Part shown: piece after piece, positions 1 to 9,053 of the stretch | Numbering within the stretch: the stretch's first letter is position 1 | How the letters are laid out: the number at the start of each line of letters is the position of its first letter | Origin: an uncultured Spirochaetota bacterium | GTDB lineage: Bacteria; Spirochaetota; Brevinematia; Brevinematales; JAOACQ01 | NCBI GenBank assembly: GCA_963835575.1 | Contig: CAWIGG010000004.1 | Span: forward strand, 96,001 to 160,000 | Reading direction: 5' to 3' | DNA: 64,000 bases | Translations under genes and position numbers: made by a program | Notes under the pieces: generated by a model | The model's input: only the letters and a program-made list of their open reading frames with translations | The model's database searches: none | What the model was told of the DNA's origin: nothing

Positions 1-279
1 CGAGGCAGTCATCAATGTGATGGGAGCAAAACTTTTAAGAAAACGGTTAGTAAAAAAGACAAGGAGCCCTCCAAAGCCTATCCCAAAAAGGGCCACGGAG
101 AGAATGATAAACCCGAAGTGGTACCAGAACGTCAGGGAAAACATTCTTGTGAGGATCACTTCCAGGCAGAGAATGGAAAGCGATACCAGAAATACGCCGC
201 CGTAAAGCGGCCATTTCGGCTCCTGCTTCATCGTCTGTTTTTCAACCGGTTTCTGATTCGGCATATTTTTGGGTTTCAT
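1..279 (-). CDS. Multi-pass membrane protein, spermidine-synthase-like/methyltransferase-fused family (N-terminal part; runs off the window edge)
   Basis: Manual minus-strand translation from ATG at 279 (AAGGTG RBS): MKPKNMP...LYGGVFLVSLSILCLEVILTRMFSLTFWYHFGFIILSVALFGIGFGGLL, typical N-terminal TM signature of this family; not in ORF track. Confidence 0.7.
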   Translation of the reverse strand, partial: MKPKNMPNQKPVEKQTMKQEPKWPLYGGVFLVSLSILCLEVILTRMFSLTFWYHFGFIILSVALFGIGFGGLLVFFTNRFLKSFAPITLMTAS

Positions 280-373
280 ATTGTCATCACCTTTAAGTTA
301 AAATTTATAATCTTCTATAATAATAGTTTTTATATTTATGGCTTATTGAAAAACTTGAAATTTCAGCACAAAG

Positions 374-547
374 GCCGTCATTGCGAGGAGTCAAACATCT
401 ACTTTGCCGAAAGCCTTCACCCGAAGCAATGGTTCGACAAGCTCACCACGGCGTCTGTCAGTTCATTAAGCTTTCTTTATATGCAGACAGATTGCTTCGC
501 ACAGGAGAAATCATCGAAGGATAAAACCGGTCGCTCGCAATGACGGC
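374..547. repeat. Palindromic MITE/REP-like element, family B copy 1 (contains a 24-nt nested insert)
   Basis: GCCGTCATTGCGAG...CGAAGCAAT...GATTGCTTCG...CTCGCAATGACGGC; other copies at 19168, 37699, 40596. Confidence 0.85.
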
Positions 548-602
548 TTTACTATATCAAAACTATTTGTCATGCAAAATCAGTACAATTTAAATTACCC
601 GA

Positions 603-1646
603 TCAATCATCAAACCTGTGATACTTGACAGTCGCTGAATTCTCGTTCACATTAAAACCGAGGCGCGTAAAAGGCCAGTAACGGAAAAGCGGCCTGCCGA
701 AAATATTCTTTTCCGGAATAAAGCCGAAATAACGGCAATCCTCGCTGTAATCGCGGTTGTCGCCCATGCAGAAATAATAATTGTCATTTATTTTCCATTC
801 ATTTATTTCTTTTCCGTCAAGGTAGAATTTACTATTGCTGAATGTGACGGTTTTGCCGGTTTCCCTTTCAATCAATAGCTTGATCAAATATTTATAGTAG
901 CCGTCCGCTTCAATTAAATTAATGACATCTCCCTTTTTCGGGATCCGGATATCCGGAAAATGGCTGAAGAGGTAAAAGCGGTACATGTCAAAATTATTAA
1001 CGACATCATCAGCCTTCATTTTGATCATGGCTTCTTTATAATCCCCTCCGACTTCCCTGTCAAATCCGTAAATATGCTGAATGATCCTTTCCCTGCCGTC
1101 AAACTTCTCGCTGAACAGATTAAAATCCCTGTCGTTTTCCCTTCTCATCATGTTATAAATCGCCTGATGGGAGATCATGACAAAATCCGTCTGAACAATC
1201 TGATGGTTGATATAAAGGTTTTGATTGGACATGGATATCACATCGCCTGGTTTCCCCACAAGGCGCTTGACCAGATTTTTCGGCATATCAAACGTATTGT
1301 CCAGGTTAATCAAAGAAAGCGTGAATAAAGAGATCAGCTCCTGAGCAATACCGGGGCTTTTCCATGCCGGGGAAACGAAAACAACCACATCATTCCGCTC
1401 AGGGCGGAGCAGACCTGGAATTTTCCAGTTTAAGATCGGTATCCGTGAACCCATTGTCCCTTTTTCCACCATCAGAATATCCTTGACCAGAAGGCTGGGG
1501 ACCATGGATTGAGAAGGTATCTGATAAGCCTCAATGAGCAATAACCGGATGACAAACGCTATCACATAAGCGGATAAAAACACGTTGATATTCTCAATTA
1601 CTTTTTCTTTAAACGTCATGTTTTTTTTGTCTTTTTTCTGCTTCAC
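603..1646 (-). CDS. lepB: Signal peptidase I
   Basis: IPSQSMVPSL (catalytic Ser), LVKRLVGKPGD (Lys), MGDNRDYSEDCRYFG motifs. Confidence 0.95.
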   Translation of the reverse strand: MKQKKDKKNMTFKEKVIENINVFLSAYVIAFVIRLLLIEAYQIPSQSMVPSLLVKDILMVEKGTMGSRIPILNWKIPGLLRPERNDVVVFVSPAWKSPGIAQELISLFTLSLINLDNTFDMPKNLVKRLVGKPGDVISMSNQNLYINHQIVQTDFVMISHQAIYNMMRRENDRDFNLFSEKFDGRERIIQHIYGFDREVGGDYKEAMIKMKADDVVNNFDMYRFYLFSHFPDIRIPKKGDVINLIEADGYYKYLIKLLIERETGKTVTFSNSKFYLDGKEINEWKINDNYYFCMGDNRDYSEDCRYFGFIPEKNIFGRPLFRYWPFTRLGFNVNENSATVKYHRFDD

Positions 1647-1674
1647 AAAATACTCCTTTAAACTAAATATATTC

Positions 1675-1878
1675 TTACATCGCCAGACTTTTCAATAAAA
1701 GTACCAGGATCGTTTCCGCCGTGGCATATTTTAATATCCCGATAAATAAGGATTTCCATCTTCTGAATAATTTAATTTTTAAAACAACCTGCCCGGTCAA
1801 ATCCTGAGGGACATGGAAATCCAGCCATTTTTCATTATTATCGATAAATCCTATCAATGCCTTTCCCTTTTTATTCAA
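1675..1878 (-). CDS. Small membrane protein, possible anti-sigma factor
   Basis: TTG start overlapping the sigma-factor stop, GGAGG RBS, hydrophobic C-terminus, position directly after an ECF sigma. Confidence 0.45.
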   Translation of the reverse strand: MNKKGKALIGFIDNNEKWLDFHVPQDLTGQVVLKIKLFRRWKSLFIGILKYATAETILVLLLKSLAM

Positions 1879-2413
1879 TGCCTTCCTCCAGCAGCTTTTG
1901 CTTAAACCTGTCTTTGGCCCGGAAGATCCCGACCCGCACCTGATTTTCACTTTTCTCTTTCAGGGCGGCGATCTCTTTGATGTCGAGCGACATTATAAAG
2001 CGGAGTATCAGCAGATGTTTATCTTCTTCATTCAAACTGTCCAGCGCTTTTAAAAAAATGATCTTATCTTCTATTGATAACGTTCCCTTATCAAGATAAA
2101 CGGCATATTCCAGGACATCCTCATAAACAATCTCTTTCCTGTCTTTTTTAAGCTTCAGAAAATTCCTGATGATATTAAGCTCGATCGAATAAAGCCATGG
2201 AAAGAAATCCTTTGTTTCTTTAAATCCCCTGAGATATTTATAGGCCCGGAAGAAAACCTCCTGCGCAATATCTTTCGCGTCCTCGCCGTTATGAAAATAA
2301 GAAAAAGCCAGGGCAAATACCCTTTTTTCATATGTTTTTAAGATATATTCAAAAGCTTTTATATCTCCCTTTTTTGCCTTCATTATTGCTTCGCTTTCGT
2401 TCATCCCGTTCAA
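1871..2413 (-). CDS. ECF (sigma-70 group 4) RNA polymerase sigma factor
   Basis: DAKDIAQEVFFRAY and FFPWLYSI region 2; region 4 HTH IKEIAAL...VRVGIFRAK. Confidence 0.92.
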   Translation of the reverse strand: MNGMNESEAIMKAKKGDIKAFEYILKTYEKRVFALAFSYFHNGEDAKDIAQEVFFRAYKYLRGFKETKDFFPWLYSIELNIIRNFLKLKKDRKEIVYEDVLEYAVYLDKGTLSIEDKIIFLKALDSLNEEDKHLLILRFIMSLDIKEIAALKEKSENQVRVGIFRAKDRFKQKLLEEGIE

Positions 2414-2545
2414 TCCTTTTCACTTTGCCCTATTTCCTGTTAATAGGTATACCATAAAGGAGGCAAAATTATTACATCAGGAAAAAATATTTTATTTGAT
2501 CCTGAGCGATGCATTTTTCTTAAAAAAGAACAATTATATGCTCTT

Positions 2546-3004
2546 TTATATATCCAATAATGAAACAACATAACTCTCAACAGTATTTGAGCGGGTGTTT
2601 TCAGTCGTTTTTCCTTTGATCCCGATCTGGTTTTCTGAAATTCCGAGGATCGCAGACAATTTCTTTTTCATATCAGGAACAAATTGGGAGATTTTCGGGC
2701 TGTCCAATATAATCACACCGTCAATATTTAAAATCTTGATGTTTTTAAAAAACCTTTGTATGACTTCTTTTAGAATATCTGTACTTTTTATTCCTTTAAA
2801 TTTTTCATCAGTATCCGGGAAAAGTTGGCCGATATCGGGAGCTCCGACTGGAGAAAGAAGCGAATCAACAAGCGCATGAATAAAGACATCCCCGTCGGAA
2901 TGCGCTTCAGATCCGTAAGGGCTTTCTATTTTAATTCCGCCCAATATGAAATCCCTGCCCGGCACAAGCCGGTGCAGGTCATATCCAAGCCCAACCCTCA
3001 GCAT
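2546..3004 (-). CDS. ispF: 2-C-methyl-D-erythritol 2,4-cyclodiphosphate synthase
   Basis: RVGLGYDLHRL, HSDGDVFIHAL, DIGQLFPDTD, IKGKTTE motifs. Confidence 0.96.
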   Translation of the reverse strand: MLRVGLGYDLHRLVPGRDFILGGIKIESPYGSEAHSDGDVFIHALVDSLLSPVGAPDIGQLFPDTDEKFKGIKSTDILKEVIQRFFKNIKILNIDGVIILDSPKISQFVPDMKKKLSAILGISENQIGIKGKTTENTRSNTVESYVVSLLDI

Positions 3005-3005
3005 A

Positions 3006-4019
3006 CTACCTCTTCGGTTCCGTAAAGATGATCCTGCCCGCGGAAGTCTGGAGTATGCTCGTTACCTTGACGTTTATCTTTTTGCCGATATAATTGATGC
3101 CGTTGGCGACGACAACCATTGTTCCGTCGGAAAGATACCCGACGCCCTGATTATTTTCCTTGCCTTCCTTCAACACATCAAGCTCCATTTCCTCGCCGGG
3201 CAGAAGCACAGGCTTCATGGCGTTGGCAAGGTCATTCAGATTAAGGATTTGAATACTGTCGAGTTTGGCGACTTTATTGAGATTATAATCGTTAGTTATA
3301 ATACTGGCGGTCATTTCCTTAGCAAGGGCGATCAGCTTGGCATCCACGCCTTTTATTTCCGGATAGTCCCTTGAGAAAATCTTGAGGTCAAGCGTCTGGA
3401 TCTCTTTTAATTTATTCAATACATCCAGCCCCCGCCTTGCCCTGCTCCTCTTGATCGGGTCTTTGGAATCCGCCAAGGCCTGGATCTCATTCAATACAAA
3501 CTTGGGCAGAATAAGTGTGCCGCAGATAAAACCGGTCTCGGCGATATCCGCGATGCGTCCGTCGATGACAACGCTCGTGTCCAGCAGCTTGATATCATCG
3601 CTTTTCCTCTCGCTTTCGCCGCCGAAAGCCAGATTCAGGGCAGAACCGCCGTATTTCTGCGATGCCATGGTCGGCAGAAAAAAGCCCAGGTATGAAAAAG
3701 TGAGTATAAAATAGGGCTTGATCTGCTCGGCGATCGTCTTGATCGGTCCGGCAAATATCGACGGCATCATCTGGCTGAAAAGCTCATACAGGAAATTGCC
3801 GCTGTAATAACCGGCGATAAGACCGAGAAGGGAATACAAAAACACGCCTCTTTTCGAATAAAACATCGCTTCCAGCAGAATCGTCATCAATGCGAGAACC
3901 ACCGCGTAGACAAAAACAAAAGCGCTGCCGCCGCTTACATAGTTAAGCATGCTGAAGACTAAAAAGACAAGGACTATAAACAGCCTTCTTTTTAATGTTT
4001 TGGACATAAAAAACTCCAT
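3006..4019 (-). CDS. Membrane-anchored PIN/TRAM domain protein (YacL-like)
   Basis: N-terminal TMs, LLDTSVVIDGRI PIN motif, GYLSDGTMVVV...LQTSAGRIIF TRAM domain. Confidence 0.92.
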   Translation of the reverse strand: MEFFMSKTLKRRLFIVLVFLVFSMLNYVSGGSAFVFVYAVVLALMTILLEAMFYSKRGVFLYSLLGLIAGYYSGNFLYELFSQMMPSIFAGPIKTIAEQIKPYFILTFSYLGFFLPTMASQKYGGSALNLAFGGESERKSDDIKLLDTSVVIDGRIADIAETGFICGTLILPKFVLNEIQALADSKDPIKRSRARRGLDVLNKLKEIQTLDLKIFSRDYPEIKGVDAKLIALAKEMTASIITNDYNLNKVAKLDSIQILNLNDLANAMKPVLLPGEEMELDVLKEGKENNQGVGYLSDGTMVVVANGINYIGKKINVKVTSILQTSAGRIIFTEPKR

Positions 4020-4215
4020 ATATAAAATTTATAATCAGGTCTTTTATAAAAAACCCGAGCATCTATTTTAAAGTAAACCGGGAATATTATCAATTAAGAG
4101 CGCTCCTATTAAACGGAAAAAACTTTTAGCAGCAAAAATTCTTTATTCCTTAATGCAATATTTATTACTGTCCCAAAAAATCCGCATAATTTATAGAATT
4201 ATTTTATTACCGCCC

Positions 4216-4983
4216 TTAATCCTTTTTCTTTAATAATTTATTCAATAATTTCATGTCTCTCACGAAATCATCCAGATTCTCCGGCGAATCCTTGACAGCC
4301 TCATTTGTCACATGCGAATCGGCAGGAATGAGCTGCAGCAGCCTTTCGAGGGGAAAACTGCCCTGCCCGTAGTGGTCATGCCTGTCATATAGGCCGTAGT
4401 AATCGCCGTCGGTCAAATGATACATTTTCGGCTTTAATTCAATAAATTTCTCCAGATATTCAATGGGATTATGATCAATGGCGTTCGCGGCGCATATGGC
4501 ATGGCCGATATCCAGGCAGAAGCCTGCCCCTGTTTCTTCCATAATATAAAGAATATCTTCCGGGGACGATCCGTTGCAGATAAGGTTTTCCCCCAGGCCG
4601 TAATAGGGCTTGTTCTCAATAATGATTCTTTTATCATTCAGTTCTTTGATCTGCCTGGCTGTTTCTTTAATGTCCCCGTTTACCCCGGGATGAAAAATGA
4701 CAATCCCTGCCTGGACCGAGTCGGCGAACCGGAGAGCTTCATGGGCCATGAGAAAATTGCCTTTTTTATCTTCCTGCCGGGCGAAATTCAATCCGTCTTT
4801 AAAATGAGGGCCATGAATAATAAAAGGAATGCCGACATCCTTCCATAATATATGAAAATCATCATAAGACCCCGGTACGGTATAAAGCTCAATATAATGG
4901 AATATTTCCTCCTGATAGAGGCGCACGGCGTGAGAAATATAATTCTGATTCGTCGACCAGAGCTTTAAACCGAAAAAATACAT
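4216..4983 (-). CDS. Xylose-isomerase-like TIM barrel / AP endonuclease 2 family protein
   Basis: IHGPH, VIFHPG, IIENKP, CLDIGHA, YHLTDG metal-binding motifs. Confidence 0.8.
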   Translation of the reverse strand: MYFFGLKLWSTNQNYISHAVRLYQEEIFHYIELYTVPGSYDDFHILWKDVGIPFIIHGPHFKDGLNFARQEDKKGNFLMAHEALRFADSVQAGIVIFHPGVNGDIKETARQIKELNDKRIIIENKPYYGLGENLICNGSSPEDILYIMEETGAGFCLDIGHAICAANAIDHNPIEYLEKFIELKPKMYHLTDGDYYGLYDRHDHYGQGSFPLERLLQLIPADSHVTNEAVKDSPENLDDFVRDMKLLNKLLKKKD

Positions 4984-5022
4984 GAATTTCTCCTCTATAA
5001 TAATATTTATTTTTAAGATTTA

Positions 5023-5058
5023 TTTATTAAATTTTTATTATAATAAAAATTTAATAAA
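5023..5058. repeat. Perfect 36-bp all-A/T palindrome
   Basis: TTTATTAAATTTTTATTA|TAATAAAAATTTAATAAA. Confidence 0.85.
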
Positions 5059-5264
5059 CTACCATATAATATAATAAAATATTTCAAAATAATAAAGTCT
5101 TTATCCAAAATTAAATTGCCGGACGTCAAAACAAACAATTTATCAGAAGTGTTATAATTGGATATAAAATGGATTTTCAGGAAAACCGGACAAAATCATA
5201 TGAAGGCTTTGATTATAAAGCTTTATTGAAAGGATATTTTTGATTAAAATTTTTTATTATTCAA

Positions 5265-6942
5265 GTTGCCTGTCGGTTATTTCATTTTCGGAGTCAAACC
5301 AGCCCCTTACAATAAGCGGGCAAATAAAAATTTTGTCAGCTTAGCTGATTTTAATAATAAATTTCGAATAATCGATACTCAGACTATACAAAATCCTCTC
5401 TATTTTCTCAAATATTGGGCATATTTCATAAAATTATGCGCAAGGGATACCCAGCATAGCTCCAAATTCACTTTCCGTTGACCTCTGTAAACTGTCTGAA
5501 CATAACCCTTCTGTGTTTTGATGTTTGAAAATACGTGTTCTTTACCTATCCTGCGGTTGTATATCTTTTGCCCTTCTTCGCTGTAAAGTTTTGTTAAATA
5601 AGCATCAATCTTAGACCGATTATTCAATTCAAACTCACTGAAAATTACTGTCTTTTGCTGTGTTTTCGGTTTGATGTTTTTATAACACTCACTGAAAAAT
5701 GGACATCTTTCACAGCCCTTCCGTGAATACAAAAATGTATATCTTTGGTTATTTCGATCTAAATACCCATTTTCCTTACGGCCGCCCCGGCATCCCAGGA
5801 TATATTCGTCATCAATCTTTTCCAGTTTAAAGTCTCTTCGCTTCTGTGATTTATCACTGAAATCCCGCTCTTTCGTATCCACATAAAGGTCTTTTCCTTC
5901 CTCCACCATCCGGATTGTCTCTTCCATGTCCCTGAAAACCCGAATCAAAAAGGTATTTGCTAGCCTTATCAACTTTTAATTCCGCTTTTTTCTGTTCCAC
6001 CCTCTTTACCATTTCTTCCGTATGCTGTTTTTCCGGTGTTGTGATTGCTTCAAAATCTATAATCACATCATTATTACTGACCATCATCGCCGAATTATAT
6101 CCCTGTATAAACACACTATGCGGATTTCCAGACATCAGCTTGCTTTCGGGATCAGTCAGGTTGGTGAATTCTTCGTCTGTCTTTTCCCCTCTCTCTACCT
6201 GTTTTTTGTATTCATCGATTTGGTTCAAAACACTATCGTAAATCTTTTTCCGCCTTGATACCCGCTTCTTCTCCGCTTCGTAATAAGGCTGCTCCAGCTT
6301 GCCTTCCCGGTAAGATTCTTCCAGTTCCAGGTCTTGTTTCACAATCTTTTCCGCCATCTTCTGGTAAGTGTCCATCAGCTTCCGGGTATGTTTCTTTCCC
6401 ACATTCTTATTCTTACTCGCGTAGGCCTTGATCTTTGTGCCGTCACCCACTACCATGTCCCAATCTATAGACCCCATTTCGTTGAGTATATATAAAAGCT
6501 GGCTGAACAACTCCTCGATCTTTTCCTGAAAAAGTACCTTGAACTCGCAAATTACCGAATGGTCAATTTTCAGCCGGTTTGAAACATACATAAACCCAAT
6601 GTGTTTTTTCAGCAAATCTTCTATCTTTCGGCTGATACGATTTCCCGTAATGTAACCGTAGAGTACCGCACAGATCACATCCCGAGGATTTTTAATCTCT
6701 CTGCCTCTATGGTTGTTCTTATAGTAAGCCGCGAAATCCTCCAGTTTAATACGGTTTTTGATGAATTCTTTTAGTATAAATTCTCTGGAATTCTCATCAA
6801 ACTGCTCGCCTATATTGATCGCGAGGAACTCACCCTGCTCCAGGCTGTTCTTTTCAAATCTTGCCATCTTTTTCTCCCGTTTTATTTTAACGGGAACCCT
6901 GCCGTATGTCCATGAAGCATGTTATAAAAACCGACAGGCAAC
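5265..6942 (-). mobile_element. IS1182-like insertion sequence
   Basis: 14-bp perfect terminal inverted repeats GTTGCCTGTCGGTT (5265-5278) / AACCGACAGGCAAC (6929-6942) around a transposase; no target duplication seen. Confidence 0.8.
5400..6867 (-). pseudogene. IS1182-family DDE transposase, split by a +1 frameshift near 5931-5933
   Basis: LYGY...SRKIE...DHSVICEF (DUF772-like), GDGTKIKAYAS, TDPES, QGYN, FDSGF, YNRRIGKEHVFSNIK; removing one G from CAGGGAC joins ORFs 5854-6867 and 5400-5972. Confidence 0.8.
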
Positions 6943-7210
6943 GGCATTAAAACAAAAGAATCCCGGCTGAGGATCATTTTCTTCCTGGCCGGTTTTATTT
7001 GTTTTCTGATTCCCTGGTTAAACATTTTATTGTTACATTAATCCGGTTTATATATTATAATAAATTATATAAAAATCTTTTCCGGGTCATGCACTGATTT
7101 TAACTGTGATAAGATTAGATTTTTAATTAAAAGTTTATATATTTATTTATAATGGGTTTATTGACTGCCGGTCCCGGTTTTTATTAATTATTTGAGTAAA
7201 GGGCTAATAT

Positions 7211-7888
7211 ATGAATAGGGTACGCAAAGGATTTTATAATCTTTTTAAAAATGTAATTAAATTATACTTAAATACTTTTCTGGAATTTAAGGTCTGGGGG
7301 AAGGAAAACATCCCGGAAGGGCCTAAAATATTCTGCTCGAACCATTTTTCCTCAACGGACCCTTTTTATATGATAACCATCATGGATGAACCGATCCATA
7401 TGATCATAGGCCCCGGATTTTCCGTTCCAGTTTTTAAACACGTATTGAAACTCGGGAAACAAATCAACGCGTTGTCTGAAAACAGGGACAAAGTAATTCC
7501 CACTGCGGTTGAATATCTAAAAAAGAATGAATCGATCTATATTTTCCCGGAAGGGGACCTGAATGATCAGAAAGTACTGAAGACCTTTTACCCCGGCCTT
7601 GCCCGTATTTATCTGTCCTATCCAGTCCCGATAGTTCCAATTGGGATTATCTCTCCGATACGGTATGTCAAAGAAAAAGAAAAAAACATTAAAATCGGCG
7701 AAACCATTTATAAAACATTGACAGTATTGACCGGGAAATTTTATGCCAATATCGGGCAGCCGATGACTTTTCCGGAATTTGAAAAAAAAGGGCTGACGCG
7801 GAATGCCGTCGATCAGGTTACGGGCGATGTAAAAAAAAGGATTGAATTATTAATCCATGATATCAAAGTAAATAAATTCTGGAGTTAA
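7211..7888 (+). CDS. 1-acyl-sn-glycerol-3-phosphate acyltransferase (PlsC-like)
   Basis: SNHFSSTD (HX4D) and IFPEG motifs. Confidence 0.88.
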   Translation: MNRVRKGFYNLFKNVIKLYLNTFLEFKVWGKENIPEGPKIFCSNHFSSTDPFYMITIMDEPIHMIIGPGFSVPVFKHVLKLGKQINALSENRDKVIPTAVEYLKKNESIYIFPEGDLNDQKVLKTFYPGLARIYLSYPVPIVPIGIISPIRYVKEKEKNIKIGETIYKTLTVLTGKFYANIGQPMTFPEFEKKGLTRNAVDQVTGDVKKRIELLIHDIKVNKFWS

Positions 7889-7898
7889 GGAGAGTGTT

Positions 7899-8102
7899 AT
7901 GGTTTTAAAAGACGAGATCAAAGAGCTGTTCAATCTGATAAACAGCCATACGGAAGAAATTGAGTTTTTAAACTTTTTTATCAGAATGCAAAATGGTACG
8001 ATCTTTAAATATAAAATGGACAAAAAAAAAGAGTTTAGAATCAAACTCAGGGATGAAGTCAGGAAATTGGATAAAAAAAAGAAACTTGAAAAGATTAAAT
8101 AA
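7899..8102 (+). CDS. Small hypothetical protein
   Basis: AGGAG RBS, directly downstream of the acyltransferase, 67 aa. Confidence 0.55.
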   Translation: MVLKDEIKELFNLINSHTEEIEFLNFFIRMQNGTIFKYKMDKKKEFRIKLRDEVRKLDKKKKLEKIK

Positions 8103-8180
8103 CCGCCGGGGCTGAGCAAGTCCTGTTTATTGCATACCTTATACTGGACGGAATTATCATATTATAACCGGGAGGAATTT

Positions 8181-9026
8181 ATGGCCTCGATAATTGAAGT
8201 GATCGACAATAGATTTTCGAATAGGGCCTATTCGGAAAAGAAAGTGGAAGAAAGTAAAAAAAAGATCCTGATGGAATATATTACCCGGCATAATAAAGGA
8301 CCTTTCGGCAATACCGTCCGCTTTCAATTCGTGGAAATACCGGAAGGCGATATGAGCGGGCTGAGGAGTCTGGGAACTTACAGCATGATCAAAGGCGCCG
8401 TACTTTACCTTGCCGGCGCAGTAAAAAAGAATGAAAATTCAATGGAAGACTTCGGATACTGCATGGAAACCGCGGTCCTCAAAGCGACCGAATTGGGAAT
8501 CGGCTCCTGCTGGCTGGGAGGCACCCTCAACCGCGGTACATTTGCCGGGAAAATAGACCTGGGCCGGGATGAAGTCATTCCGGCGGTGACCCCGCTGGGA
8601 TACCCCGGAAATAAGAGTTCGTTCATTGTCGGCCTGCTGGGAATGGCCAGAGGCTCCCGCAGCCGGAAGGGATTTGAGGAGATTTTTTTTAAAGGCGCCA
8701 TAGATAATCCGCTTAATAAACAAGAACTGGGGCCATATGAAACGGTCCTGGAATGCGTCAGGCTGGCCCCGTCGGCCTCGAATAAACAGCCCTGGAGGAT
8801 TATCCGGGAGAAAGATAAAAATGTCTTTCATTTCTTTTTAAATGAGGACAAATTCTACAACAATGCTTTTAAGGGAATAAAGATGCAGAATATTGACATC
8901 GGTATCGCTCTGTGCCATTTTGAATTAACCGCTAAAGAGTTGGGCTTAAAAGGCTCATGGGAAACCAAAAATCCGGTCCTGGATTCAGGAAGTCTGGTTT
9001 ATATTACCTCGTGGTCCGGTAAATAA
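8181..9026 (+). CDS. Nitroreductase family protein (tandem domain, TM1586-like)
   Basis: GGAGG RBS before ATG 8181; GIGSCWLGGT, RLAPSASNKQPW, IDIGIALCHF motifs. Confidence 0.88.
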   Translation: MASIIEVIDNRFSNRAYSEKKVEESKKKILMEYITRHNKGPFGNTVRFQFVEIPEGDMSGLRSLGTYSMIKGAVLYLAGAVKKNENSMEDFGYCMETAVLKATELGIGSCWLGGTLNRGTFAGKIDLGRDEVIPAVTPLGYPGNKSSFIVGLLGMARGSRSRKGFEEIFFKGAIDNPLNKQELGPYETVLECVRLAPSASNKQPWRIIREKDKNVFHFFLNEDKFYNNAFKGIKMQNIDIGIALCHFELTAKELGLKGSWETKNPVLDSGSLVYITSWSGK

Positions 9027-9053
9027 CCGCTGTGATTTCAGATCCTACCGTCC

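Noticed and set aside
118..543. 141-aa plus-strand ORF
   Set aside because: Overlaps a real minus-strand gene and runs through a palindromic repeat
5023..5058. Borrelia-type replicated hairpin telomere junction
   Set aside because: No TAGTA box and no telomere resolvase nearby
5930..5945. Programmed frameshift in the IS1182 transposase
   Set aside because: No canonical slippery heptamer at the junction, and similar +1 indels occur in oppB and oppD
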